A stretch of 58,557 nt of DNA, counting the filler, from Squatina squatina (taxonomy: Eukaryota): NCBI GenBank assembly GCA_031763465.1. It is 4 parts of 4 records of this genome, joined end to end, with 100 filler letters (N's around TTAATTAATTAA, not from the genome) between each part and the next. Parts side by side here need not be neighbours in the genome. Positions count along the whole stretch, not along the records: positions 1 to 13,990 come from JARFOE010000162.1; 3 more parts are not named here. One strand, written 5' to 3'. Both the position numbers and the translations under genes were made by a program. Positions 1 through 12,330 of this stretch are shown piece by piece; the first letter of the stretch is position 1, and every line of letters begins with the position of its first letter. The notes beneath the pieces were generated by a model that made no database searches, was not told where the DNA came from, and was given only the letters and a program-made list of their open reading frames with translations.

Positions 1-2946
1 ATCCCTTATCATGGAGAACATTCATAGCACATAAATCTACTGCCAGTTATGGAGTCTTATGGATTAACTGTGTAAGATCAGTCTACTGCATCAAGCTTTT
101 TTCATGTGATCAGTGATTAATGGTTTGGCTGCTTTACTGTAACATTGCAAGCATCCTGACCTGCTGAGTATTTCCAGCACTTTTTTCTTTTTATTTACAA
201 TTTTCCTACTGTGTTTGAAAAAAAATTGAAATGCTGTTGTTCTTTGTAGCTCAGAATATCTTTTAAAAGAACATTTCCAGACAAAAGACATACAGAAATT
301 TGTCACGTTATAATTTATACTTTCATTATAGTACTTTTATGATTCATGTTTCTTATTTCATAAATATTGATGGACAAATGAAAGCATTTGTTCACTGTAC
401 TGCAGATTTCTATGCACTCTCTAGGACATTACATCTCAATATAATGGTCTCTTTTGGTGAGCGCCATATCAGAAATCATGCAGCGATATCCTGTCAGAGG
501 GAAATAAATATTTAGCTTCTCGAGGCTTGAAAATCAGCTGCAAGAGAAGTAATAAATATATATGGTAAATACACATTCTCCATCCTGTTATTAGTAACAG
601 GACTAGGATTTCTGCACATCTAGTGTTGAAAGTATGAATCTTTATAGTTAATCTTATCGATTTTTTTTGAACAGCTTTCAATGGCTTTCTCTCTGTCCTT
701 ACCATAAAATATCATTATATTTCTCATTCACTGTAGGATATATGGTGCACCAATCTCTTTTTTGTTGACAGTACTCCCCTCCCCCCCCAAAAAAAATTGT
801 ATTCTTGTTACACTGTGTTTGATTTGGAGATAAAATGCCACACGTTTGTCTTTAAAAGTGATTATTTTATAACATTTGATGAAATTATGATAGAGACTTT
901 GTGTAGTGATGTGTTAAGCCTGCTGAGCAAATCAATATCTGAATTTTGTTATTTTTCAATAACTAGAAATTAGAATGTGGAGATGCATCAAGAAGAATGC
1001 AAAAGGTGCTATAAATGTGCAAGATCCTTCCTATATCTAGCAGTGAGCGTTTACATCAAAATTTAAGGATGGACGGTACAGATCGGACAGCTATTCTGAG
1101 ATCAATTCAGCCAAGCGATTCAAGATTAATTGTCAGTGTGTTGCTGTTTAGCCAAAATTTACATCTAGTTTTCTTGATTTGACAAACACTATTGCTATCT
1201 CCTGATCCATAATATACACAGGACAAAGAGTTTCCAAGTCATTAACTGCAGTTCATTTCTCAACAGATTTGAGTTAATTATGTCACATTTGTTAACGTTT
1301 TTTGTGAACATTATCACAGACCAGGAACACAACGAAAGTTGCTACTGGCACAAAGAATGACTGAAAACAGAATGACAATTCCAAATAATACCAAAATAAA
1401 AAATCTGTTCTAAAATGTAGCCGACTGAGGAAGTGATAGCCGAGTTTATAATCTAATCTCATAAAGTTCCGGATGGCAATTATATACTGCTCAAACTTTG
1501 CCATTGCATTTTACAATGGCATTTGAACCGCTTAATCAGATTACAGCCTTGCAATCATTTCCAGCTATCCAATAGGAATACCACTCAAATTAAATTTTAA
1601 AGGAATAATACTTTTTTATTTGAGGTTGTGAATGGTAGAATCACTAACATTGCAATTCTACCACCAATAATCTGGCAATAAAAGAATCTGTAATAAGAAA
1701 AATGTAATTTCCTGCAAAATATTTCTCCCGCTACCTTAAGAAGGCTACCAATTTAAATGGAGCAGGCCAAGCAGATTGTAACTGTGAATTCCTAACTACC
1801 AGCAGCCAAAACCTCATTCCACAGGCTTATCAATGATAGTTGTGAACATGTTGAAGACAGTTATTATTACATCTGTCACTTCAATCCGAACGAAGCTGGC
1901 TTACATGTTTGATGGAGGTACTCTGAGAAAAAGAGACTAAAAATGAATGTGACTTCAGAAGTACGCTCTGGAGGGAGAGAGTAACAATGTCCAATTATTT
2001 CAAAATAAAATGTACTGTATCTTTAAGGAAAATTTTGTGGAAGTTTCTGAAATAACTGAAGTAATAGGCCATTTGGTGCAAGAATTAATAAATATTTTTA
2101 CATCTATTTTTGTTCTATTTCATTTATGTGGAGTTTCTTGACTGTAATTTCCAAAAAATGTGACATATGATAAATTGAAAGTTACTTGCATGAAACTTCT
2201 AGTTTTCAATAAAATTAACCTAACCCATGCAGTGAATATGAGCACTGAAAGAGTGGCAGATTGATGGTGTCTCACTCATGTGTATCTGTATATATACACA
2301 CACACACACAAGCACAGGGTTGGATTTTGCCAGCATTCAGAGGGCGGGTTTGGAGGTGGATCCACTGTCAAAATCTGTAAGATTGACAGTGGGGCGGTAT
2401 CCCGCTCTGAACCCACCTCCTTGCAAGTTTCCCAAGTGCTGGCTCTGCCTGTGCTTTGCAGACCCAGCACTAAGCGACGGGTGAGCCAATTCAAATACTT
2501 CAGACGGTGTTGAAAGGTATTTGAGCAGCATTATACCAGCTATTAACCATTTTTCCAACCTTTTCACAAGGTTCCTGTCGCTCAGGATCACGTCAGGTAA
2601 GTACGTTGGTTTTTCAGTGAATCTCCGTTGCTTTGAATAGGTGACAGCTGTAAAACTGGTGTAAAAGGTACAATTTCTCAGCCGTTCACTTTACAATNNN
2701 NNNNNNNNNNNNNNNNNNNNNNNNNNNNNNNNNNNNNNNNNNNNNNNNNNNNNNNNNNNNNNNNNNNNNNNNNNNNNNNNNNNNNNNNNNNNNNNNNGTC
2801 ACAGTCTGAGTAGGTGATGGATATCTGACACAGTGGGACATAGATGTGGGCTCCTAAATGAAAAGTAAGGGTTTTTGAAATGACTAACTGTCTGTACTAA
2901 TCTGAATGATATTCTGTTGATGGTTAATTTTGATTTCCATTGGTAG

Positions 2947-3049
2947 CCCCCTCAATGCCACTGTATGATACAGATGCACCTCTAAATGAGACGGACACAA
3001 CCATCACAGTCCTGTTGAAGCCAGCTCAATCAAGAGGAGCTCCAATCAG
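2947..3049 (+). CDS. PTPRT: Internal coding exon (103 nt) of receptor-type tyrosine phosphatase T (R2B family), start of the membrane-proximal FN3-like domain
   Basis: Bounded by AG (2945-2946) and GT (3050). Translates (A)[34 protein letters not shown], close to recalled vertebrate [40 protein letters not shown]. Its phase-2 end fits the next exon at 7100. Confidence 0.93.
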
Positions 3050-4019
3050 GTACAATAATCTAAGAAGATAACCATAGTATGAGAAGCAAATTCTGAAAGC
3101 AGAAATTCATATTATGCTGAAACTTATGGGTTACATGCAATTTGATTTTTATTTTGCATCTCATTGTTTGTTATTTTAAGCATGTGTGAGTCAAATTTGG
3201 AAATCCCTAGAAACTTATGCATTTTGTTGAACAAATTTGGTCTGAATATGCTTATGACAATGAAACTTTAACGTAATGTTATAGCTTCACATAAAATGTG
3301 TCATCGCCAGACTAAACACCCAACTTGATTTCTCTACAACAGTGCGGGTTGGGACACAACTGTATGTCGTCAAATATACTGTCATCATGCAGGGTATGTA
3401 AATGGGGATTGTAAAATGACATTCATCAGATAGCAAAATGTTTGGATGCAAAGTTCAATCAATACAACCTCGTTAACTATATCTGAAAAGTTAACAGTAT
3501 TAAATTATGTTGCTTTGCAAATTAGGTTACATTATATTAATGGCATTGCATTATAATGCATCAGTAAAATTGTACATCAAGAAAACAATTAATGACTTAC
3601 AATTTTCCTTCGCAAAATCTATTTCCAAAAAATCTTGATGAAAACGTAAAGGGATGTTTTATTACCTGAACTGGCAAATCATACTTCAATCTTTTGAAAT
3701 TGTTTCATCAAGAAACAAAAATGATTGGTTACTGTGGAGATTAGAACCTTTTTTGATTGGGTATTTTACTTAAATTTTTGGTCAACCACTTCATATAAAT
3801 CTCACACAAGGATGAATATTGGCCAAGTTCAGACCACAGTTAAAGTCCGTCTTTGTAAATTTCATTTTATAGTCAGATGTGTGACCCATTTGTTATTGTG
3901 GGCTGCATTTACACTGCAACTGTTGTGCCAGAACAAAGTGGTTCAATGGAAATATCTGCTATGGGATTCCTAATGAACATTCTTTTGTGTGCAATTTTAA
4001 TTGAGGAGGAGCACCAATG

Positions 4020-4970
4020 CAAGATGGAGGAAAAGAGAGTGAAACAGCGACAGTGCCAGACAAGATATCGCCCCTCTCCCCCTGCCCTCAAAGAATTTAC
4101 AGACCACCCAGATCTTATGAAGATCTTAGTGCTCTGGGTTAGAAAAGTGCATTTCACCAAGGAGGCAATAAGGAGCTGTGCCAGCTTCTACATGAAGATC
4201 TGCAGTCAAGGTTGTCTGCCTAGACAGCTCTGTGACTGTAGAAATGGTGACGGCACTCAGTTTTATGCCATCGGCTTACTTCAAGAAGCCATCTGCAAAA
4301 TATCACTCAAGGTCATGTATTTGGCAGGTCCCTGATACACATTCTAGAAGAGCTGGCATGGCATCAGGGCAGCAGTTTAATAGGCCATCCAGCGTTATTG
4401 CATTGATGGGTTTCCCAAAATGAAGGGTGCAATAGATGGCATTCATATTATGCTGAGCTCCTAGGATTAAGCCCCTCAGCTTCCTTAACAAAAAGGGAAC
4501 CACTCGCTTAATGTTCAGCTAGTAAGTGACTATATGCAAAGATTCCTTCATTTGCTGCAAGTTGCCATAATGCAGTCACCCTCAGGAGTTATGCCAACCT
4601 TGAGCTCTTTAGGAAAGATAGTCAAGTGAATGGATGCTTGTGGGGGACAAAGCAGCCATGTTCTAAGAATTGCAAGAACAACAACTGAGGAGTGCTACAG
4701 TGAGGCACAGGCCTTGACTAGAGTGATCATTGAGAGAACGATTGGGGTTTTAAAGGGATACTTTCTCTGCATTGATAGATCAGACAGGACTTTGCCTTAT
4801 GCTCCAGATCATGTATCCTGCATAGTTTTATCTTGCTGTGCCCTGCTGGTCTGGGCATGAAGATTACTGGGGAGATTGGCTGTGGCTGTGCTGGAGGCAA
4901 AACAGCAAGGAGTGAAGCCTGTTGCAGAGTGGACTCCTCAATGACAGCAGTAAGGGGCATCAAAACTCAA
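4020..4970 (+). mobile_element. Decayed PIF/Harbinger (HARBI1-like) transposase remnant in a PTPRT intron
   Basis: Frameshifted pieces carry family motifs: GFPKMKGAIDGIHI (about 4408-4450), FLNKKGNHSLNVQLVSD (about 4481-4530) and TRVIIERTIGVLKGYFLCID...LPYAPDHVSCIVLSCCAL (about 4715-4850). Several stops and frameshifts. Confidence 0.85.
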
Positions 4971-5812
4971 CTTATCAATGAAGTGTTCTCATCTGTTTAA
5001 CACAGTCGGGGCCGTAATTGTGGCGCTTATGGGGTGGGAGCCGGCATTTCTCACGTTGGCTCTCGCCCCGCCCACCGCAGAATNNNNNNNNNNNNNNNNN
5101 NNNNNNNNNNNNNNNNNNNNNNNNNNNNNNNNNNNNNNNNNNNNNNNNNNNNNNNNNNNNNNNNNNNNNNNNNNNNNNNNNNNCTGTTCTCCAATAGATC
5201 AGTAGGATTGCAAAGGTGCTGCCCCAGGAAAGTGGCAGTAGCTTCACGGAGCACAAACCTGCTATCCTTTCTCAGGATGACAGCATTCCTGCTCCCACCA
5301 CTGCCACTCCACCAGTGCTCTTGCTGTTGCATGTCAGCCAGCCAGTCCAGACTGCTGTAACCTAGACTGAGGTGGTGTAGTCTGAAGCCAAGCCCTTTAG
5401 GCCGAGAGCTGCTCGAGGTCGTCCTCCAAGGCCAACTGCAGTCTCTTCAATTGAAGTTCAGAAGCCTTTCACCAGCTATGCTGCAGCCACTGGGGAAGCA
5501 CCTCGTAGGAACACTAGGACAGGCAAAGGCACACGGTAGATAGTCACTAAGGAAATGCAGAAGGGTAATTCGTTTATTTTTGTTTACATTATGTAATGAT
5601 TGAATTTATAAAATTGGATTGGAGTGTGCAGTTTCCGGTGGTTTTTATTTTGGTGTTGTTGGAACGAGGATGATATGATGGTCAATGAGAGAGGAAAGGT
5701 AAGGAGCGTGGGNNNNNNNNNNNNNNNNNNNNNNNNNNNNNNNNNNNNNNNNNNNNNNNNNNNNNNNNNNNNNNNNNNNNNNNNNNNNNNNNNNNNNNNN
5801 NNNNNNNNNNNN

Positions 5813-6230
5813 TAAGGCAACAAGCAATCAAAGTGTTCTGGAGAAAAGGCAAGAAGCTGATCCCTGGCATCAAATGCTTGAATTACAATGAGAGACTGGA
5901 GAAAATGGGACTCTTGAGGTTTGAGAGGAGATGGCTGAGAAGTCAGCTGATAGAAGTATGCAAGATATTTAATGATATAGTTAAGGTAACTCCAGAACCC
6001 TACTTCAAAGTGAACCAAAACACTAGATCATGAGGATAAATGAAAATCTGACAACTGAGGACACATGTTAGGATGAACTTCTTCACTCAATGATCAATAC
6101 ATGGAATAGTCTTCGATATAGGGGAGTAGGGGCGCACTTAGATGCTTTTATAAGGGAAATTAGTAGATTTCTATGGAAAAATCAGCGAGGTGGGTTGAAT
6201 GGTCTCCCTTATCTGTACTTATTTGTTGCT
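5813..6230 (+). mobile_element. CR1-type LINE 3' fragment (RT C-terminus and tail)
   Basis: Translates KKLIPGIKCLNYNERLEKMGLLRFERRWLRSQLIEVCKI, the typical CR1 ORF2 C-terminal segment, followed by NTWNSL and a degenerate tail. Confidence 0.8.
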
Positions 6231-7099
6231 ATTTGTCTATTATGTAGTTTTGTTGTCTACACTACTCGGTATGATAAGTATCCGATCTAAAAAAAAAAAT
6301 ATTGTTTTAACTTCCCATATTAAAACATTTTCTACCGTTTTCAGGCCCACATGTAACTGTACCATTCCTCGGGCCTTGAGGGGTTGGCTACCACCTTGTT
6401 CTCCTTGTGTCTTGACCAAATGAGGAATTTAGCATGGGTACCAATCAGCTTACTACTGGCTTGTGGTGCAGTGAGTTCACTGCACTTGTTACAATCGCAA
6501 AGTTGGAGTCTACCCACAACATACAGTTTCTTTTGCTCAGCTCCCAGGCAGTTGCTATATTCCTCTGGTTTAATGGGGTGACCTTGGGTGACCAGTGCAG
6601 GGGTGAATAATCCTGGTTTAAATGTCTCCGCTCACCTCGTGGTACAGAGAGAATAAACACTAGGGGGAAATGGTACTGACAAAGTAGATCACAGCGAAGG
6701 ACAGTAACCTATCGATGGAAAAGGGGATCTTTGGGCATCTGCAGTTTGGCCTTACCTCTTCCTCCCACGACTAGCAGCTCTTTGTACAACCTTACCCCTC
6801 CTCCACTCCCAGCAAAGTGGTTGGACCAGAGAAGGTTGAAAGACAACAGAGGGGTGGGGCCATGCAAGGATCTAAACACAAGAGTAAAAATTTTAAATTT
6901 GAGCTGTTGGGGTAGCGGGTGCTAATATCGGTCAGCAAGGACAAGGGCAATGTAAACAGTGTTCTGCCTGGCTGGAACTCAAACTACAGCTATTGGTGTG
7001 ATACTGGGAACGATGGTGTACATTGGGACCTTGTTTCAAAACTAAAATTCTTCCTTCTTTCAAGTATCTTAAATGCAATTTTCTTCTATTTTCTCACAG

Positions 7100-7373
7100 T
7101 GCCTATCAACTGGTTGTTAAGGAAGAACACTTACAAAAATCCAGGAGAGCAGCAGATATTATTGAGTGTTTTCCTGTCCCAGTCGGCTACAAGAATGCTT
7201 CTGTACTTGATTCACTGCATTACACTGCTGCAGAGCTGAAGCCTGTGATCCTTCCTATGACCCAGCCATTTACTGTTGGAGATAACAAAACGTACAATGG
7301 CTATTGGAACCCGCCACTTTCCCCACTGAAAAGCTACAGCATATACTTTCAAGCAGTCAGCAAAGCTAATGGG
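7100..7373 (+). CDS. PTPRT: Internal coding exon (274 nt) of PTPRT
   Basis: Polypyrimidine tract plus CAG acceptor at 7099 and GTAGGT donor at 7374. Translates [34 protein letters not shown]...[37 protein letters not shown], matching recalled PTPRT rather than PTPRM/K/U. Splices in frame with 2947-3049. Confidence 0.95.
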
Positions 7374-8014
7374 GTAGGTACTGTTTCATATTGAAAGCGA
7401 TTTCCAAAAATAGGAATGTATCAAAGATGCACATTTCTCACATCTGAATGTTTGGAATATAGATTATTATCAAAAGTGGTTCCAAAAATCACAGCAAATA
7501 GTTAACTTTGAAATTTGAAATATCATTTCTTTTATATTTTAGACATTTAACCCATTGATCCTGTTCAGATGGTCTTTGTTGAGCATTTGTGTGCAGTGAT
7601 TGAATGAGTCAAAGTATTTCCCTAATACACAGATTCTGGGATCATTACTGGTGTTTTAGGGATCAAATCCTTCATTTCCATGTAAACCGTAAATGAGTGG
7701 TCTGGCTCACTGACTCCTGTTAAAATCCATGTTGCTTTCGAGGCTGAATCTTGCTTCTTGGCCGTGTCTCCACCTCAGTTTATGAAATGCTTCTTTCATT
7801 GTGCCCACTTGTATCTACCAGCCCATTGAAAGCTTTGAACCAGAAAATATTACATCACCCAGTGTGATGCCCAAAGATTCCTTCAGGCCTTGCACCATCA
7901 ACCCAGTCCCCATCTACTCTAAATAGTTACAGTGGGAGCAAAGTTTCTTTGGTTAATTTAGAACACGGGTGTTAAATCTGACGCCCAACGACCACTTGCA
8001 GACAGCCTCCGAAC

Positions 8015-8538
8015 CCTGGCACTTGGCCCACAAAGTCCAGGCAACTAAATACATTGGCCCTGGAGGTTTGCTGTCTGCTGTCTGTCACTCTGGGGCCATG
8101 TAAAACCGAGATGATTGGACCTGCAGATTTGGAAAAGTCCTCATTGGTGGATAAATCCGCAATCACAACACCAAGATTTGTTAGCATCAGTAACTTGACT
8201 TACATACAAATTATTGGGAACCGTAGTTTTAAAATCCAGAGGTGGCCCTCCAACCTTTGTGGTATGTATCACTGCAGAAGGTAAAAAGCTTGGACAACCC
8301 TGGGGGCACTTTTAACAAACCCGCCTGTCGGGAAATTGACGAAATCGGGTGCAATGCTGGTTTTACACCCCGCCAGATTTTACTCCCCATTGAAGTCAAC
8401 AGAGGGTAATATTGGGCAGAGATTAAAACCGGCATTCCACACAATCCCGTGGGTTTCCCGCCTGGCACTTGGCCCACATAGCCCAGGCAACTAAATACGA
8501 TGGCCCTGGAGATTTATTGTTTGCTGTATGTCACTCTG
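8015..8538 (+). repeat. 78-bp direct repeat (8015-8092 and 8461-8538) with a palindromic MITE-like element (about 8302-8460) between the copies
   Basis: Both copies read cctggcacttggcccaca...ggcaactaaatac...ggccctggag...tgtcactctg. The intervening element is an imperfect hairpin centred on cccattgaagtcaac. Confidence 0.8.
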
Positions 8539-10834
8539 TATGTTACCTTATATTTCCAAACTGGGGCCTGTGGACCCTATGGGGTGTGCACTTGGATTAC
8601 AGGGGGTTCATGCGGGCATCCAATTTCTGTATTTGTTGACTTACTAGGATGGTATTGGCAGGGGTAGTACACACAGAGCAGTCCATTGGTGTAGAGGGAT
8701 ACCAGTACTGTCCTACTAATGAAGGAACAGGTATAATGCTGGAGATGTTCTATGTTTCTTACTGTAAACTGCTCCAGTTACCGCACCCCTTATTATAACT
8801 AGTGATTAACTGTAGTGCAACATGCCATGAAAAAGGCCTTCAAGTCTCACTGCCTACTGTGGGTAGCACGATTGCAGTAGTCAGGCAAATAGTCATTACT
8901 GGGTTAGAGTGAAGGCAATGTCAGAGCGAGAAAGTCTGTGTGTGGAAGATGCAGCTGGATGGCAAGGAGCGCAAATAGAGAGAGATAGCAATGCAGCGAC
9001 ATGTGGCCTGAGAGCCACCCTCTGCTGAATCAATGTGGCATTTCCTTTTTTCACATCAACAATCTTTGGTCAGTCATTTATTTATCATTCATATAATGCA
9101 TTCCACAGTCCCAATATATCCCAAAGTGCTTCACTGCCAATCAATTAATATTGTTTAAAAAAAGTAACAGAATGTGTTGGAACACCAATGAATGGGCAGC
9201 AAAAAGCATGAAACAAGTGTCCAAGCCTACAATTCCTCACAAGCCAAGATCCCAATTGTAGCCACATCTCTGCGGGAAAAATTGTGAGCGGCAGTCAGAA
9301 ACTAGTAGAGGTATGGCAGAGCAGAAATAAGACCCACATGCAATTCTAGCAATTGGCTTTGTGACGGTGGCAGAGGCCTGTCACAGGTTGCCTCGTCACA
9401 GCTGGTGCACCCTTGAGCAAAAAGGGGAGGAAAGCAAATACAAAAAAAAGGCAATGAATAAATCTTCAAAACCCACCTTTTATTCCAAGTTGTGATTTTG
9501 TTCATAATCAGTTTTAGATTTGATACAAAGTGACCTGCCAAACTTATACTTCAGTGTAATATTAAACTGCAAACATGATTATTTATTCTTACATTTAACT
9601 TCATTTGGCCTTAGAATGATTTTAATCAAAAATTTTAACATTGCCTGATCCCTTTTTAAGCAGTCTACACAAAGCTATCTAAATGTAACTCCTTCTCCTT
9701 AAATTGTTCACTTCAGTGTTTGACATTTACAGTACAGCATCATTCAAGGATTAATAGATATATTTGTAGCAACAGCAAGTGTAGATTATGGATGTGTATT
9801 GATCTTATATNNNNNNNNNNNNNNNNNNNNNNNNNNNNNNNNNNNNNNNNNNNNNNNNNNNNNNNNNNNNNNNNNNNNNNNNNNNNNNNNNNNNNNNNNN
9901 NNNNNNNNNNTGGCAATAGTTTCTATACTTACTAAGTTTTTGAAAAGTTGATTGGACTGTTAACTAGATTTTAAGAAGATAAACATTTTTGAATATTAAT
10001 AGGTTTGGAAGATTGGCCCTTTTTACTTAATTGGAAATTGCTGTTAGACTGAATGAATTGGAGCTTTTCAATATTCAGTGTTTATATAACCACTGGCTTA
10101 AATCAGCTAAAGAACTGAAGCACACAACCTCAAAATCAACCTGTCTTGTACATTTGTGTTAATATCTTTTAAGTTGTCATAAGTCTTTATGAAGGTACAA
10201 AAAAGGGATGCAATCTCTTCATGCATCTCTCTCTCAGTCTTTAGGCTGTAAAGCCTCAATACAAAATTTGTTTTTAAAAAGATGATATTTTATAATGACC
10301 TTTATGCCAGGCCTCACAATATTGTATTTAATTTCGTTCAAAGCAACTGTATTTAACTTTGATCAAATTGCAGATCACAGAGAACTGTTTAATCTGCAAA
10401 CTATCACCTTCTATCAACTCCAACAGAAAACAGCACAGCTGTGTTTGTGAATTATTGTGGTGCATGTCAAATCCCTCAAATAGAACAATTGCTGATTTTT
10501 GTTGCAACCTTTTGTGTAATTTTAATTTACTGGCAATTGTTCCATTTCTACATTTATACAAATTGTCGTTGTAGATTTGCATGTTTCTACTTATTATCAT
10601 GATTTAAAATTGTAGGTGTGGGAAATACGCAGCCAGTAATTTAATGCGAACAAATGAACAAAATTAAATGCATCAAGTTGTTCAAGAAAGAACAAAGAAT
10701 ACATCATCACAACAGTTTAGTCAGGATTTTTATGGAGAGCAGTAAGATGATTCATGAAACCCTCCTGGCAAGTGACAGCAAATTTGAGGTTTCTTCCAAA
10801 ATATGAGGTTTCTGAACTTTGTTGCACTTAATAC

Positions 10835-10915
10835 ATAGGAACATAGAAAATAGGAGCAGGAGTAGGCCATTCAGCCCTTCGAGCCTGCTCCGCCATTCAA
10901 TATGATCATGGCTGA
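10835..10915 (-). mobile_element. CR1-LINE/HE1-type SINE 3' tail; further copies at about 21250-21710 (+), 43060-43380 (-), 52855-53060 (-), 55387-55522 (+) and 57859-57942 (+)
   Basis: Shared motif gatcagccatgatc...gaatgg...gctcgaagggccgaatggcctactcctg ending in (tttctatg)n 8-mer repeats, typical of CR1 3' ends. Confidence 0.8.
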
Positions 10916-11969
10916 NNNNNNNNNNNNNNNNNNNNNNNNNNNNNNNNNNNNNNNNNNNNNNNNNNNNNNNNNNNNNNNNNNNNNNNNNNNNNNNNNNNNN
11001 NNNNNNNNNNNNNNNATTGGTTGCTAAAATGGCATGCCTGGGTCCCGCATGAGTTTATTTTGTGATTACGTTGCCTGTTGTCTTCAGCGTTTATGGATCA
11101 TACAGGTTATATATATATATATCTATATATAACTGTTCATATTGCACTGAATTACTGCAGTGTTACATTGCACTCTCATTGTATTGTCATTTCTGTGCAT
11201 GATTTAGCATATTTAGTTGAAGTTGTCTGGAAATTTAAAGCCTGCATCCAGATGTCTACTATTCATTACCGAACATGTAGCACATTTTACTTTGTAGGCT
11301 TCATTATCATAATAGTTGCATTAAATGAAGTGAAATGCAAATAGAAACCTATTCAATAGTGTTCAGCTACCATTTCCTTGCTCAGGTCATTTTTACATGC
11401 TTCTATTTTTTATCCACTGCACAGATTATTTAAATTTTGCCCGTTTTGTGAATGTCATTTGTCTCTCTTTAAGCATGGAACACTGTATTGACACTTTATT
11501 AAGCAAATTGAAGGCAAAGTAACAGACCCACATTTGCATTAAAGCCAACTATCATAATTTATTCTTTTGAAATTAAAATTAGAGGCTGAGGTATCATTAA
11601 AACTTTAATCTGAAGTAATTATTCATTTCTCTTGGGGTTTCCAGTTTTATTTTATCGNNNNNNNNNNNNNNNNNNNNNNNNNNNNNNNNNNNNNNNNNNN
11701 NNNNNNNNNNNNNNNNNNNNNNNNNNNNNNNNNNNNNNNNNNNNNNNNNNNNNNNNNNNNNNNNNNNNNNNGGTAGGATACAGATAACTACACCGTACAT
11801 ACTTGTCATCCCAAGTGCAGGTGATTATCTACTCTCAAGTCAGAAATGTTAATTCATCTCCAACCCTGTGCAAACTGTTGTTTTAAAATGTTATCTGCAC
11901 AGTAATTTGCATTCTTTTAGATTTAGCGAATGCTTTGTGTGAAAGGAAGTATTTTGGTCTACAGATGCA

Positions 11970-12330
11970 GGCTCTGCGAATGCCTCAGTGGATAAATGCA
12001 TTGGTTGGTATAGTAGTGAGCCATAGAGATCAAGGAGATGTCATGGTTCAATCCCTGCCCTGTAGTGAATTTGCTGAGTGGTAGGAGCAATACAATTGGG
12101 CCTCAGCCTCCCTGAACTATGAAGTTGGGGGAAAGGGATAGGGGAGGAAACCTGGCCAAGTGTGTGTGGATATTGGGCGAGTGTGGGATTTGGCTTCACT
12201 GTGACACCTGCAGATTCAATGGCCTGCCAACACTCACCATCTAGGCTCATGGGTGAATAATGGCAACTTGTGTGAGATGTCAACATGCTGCCAGCATCTG
12301 TGGAACTGTACCCTACAGGAGCCACTAGCT
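11970..12330 (+). mobile_element. tRNA-headed SINE; related copies at about 30140-30500, 44620-44790, 56215-56330 and 58085-58350 (all minus strand)
   Basis: A-box-like gcctcagtgg and B-box-like ggttcaatccc, then a body (caattgggcctcag...gggatttggcttcactgtgacacc...gcctgccaacactcacc) that recurs in reverse complement at the other positions. Confidence 0.65.

Noticed and set aside
3877-4335. 152-aa ORF as an independent gene
   Set aside because: It overlaps the frameshifted 5' part of the Harbinger transposase remnant.
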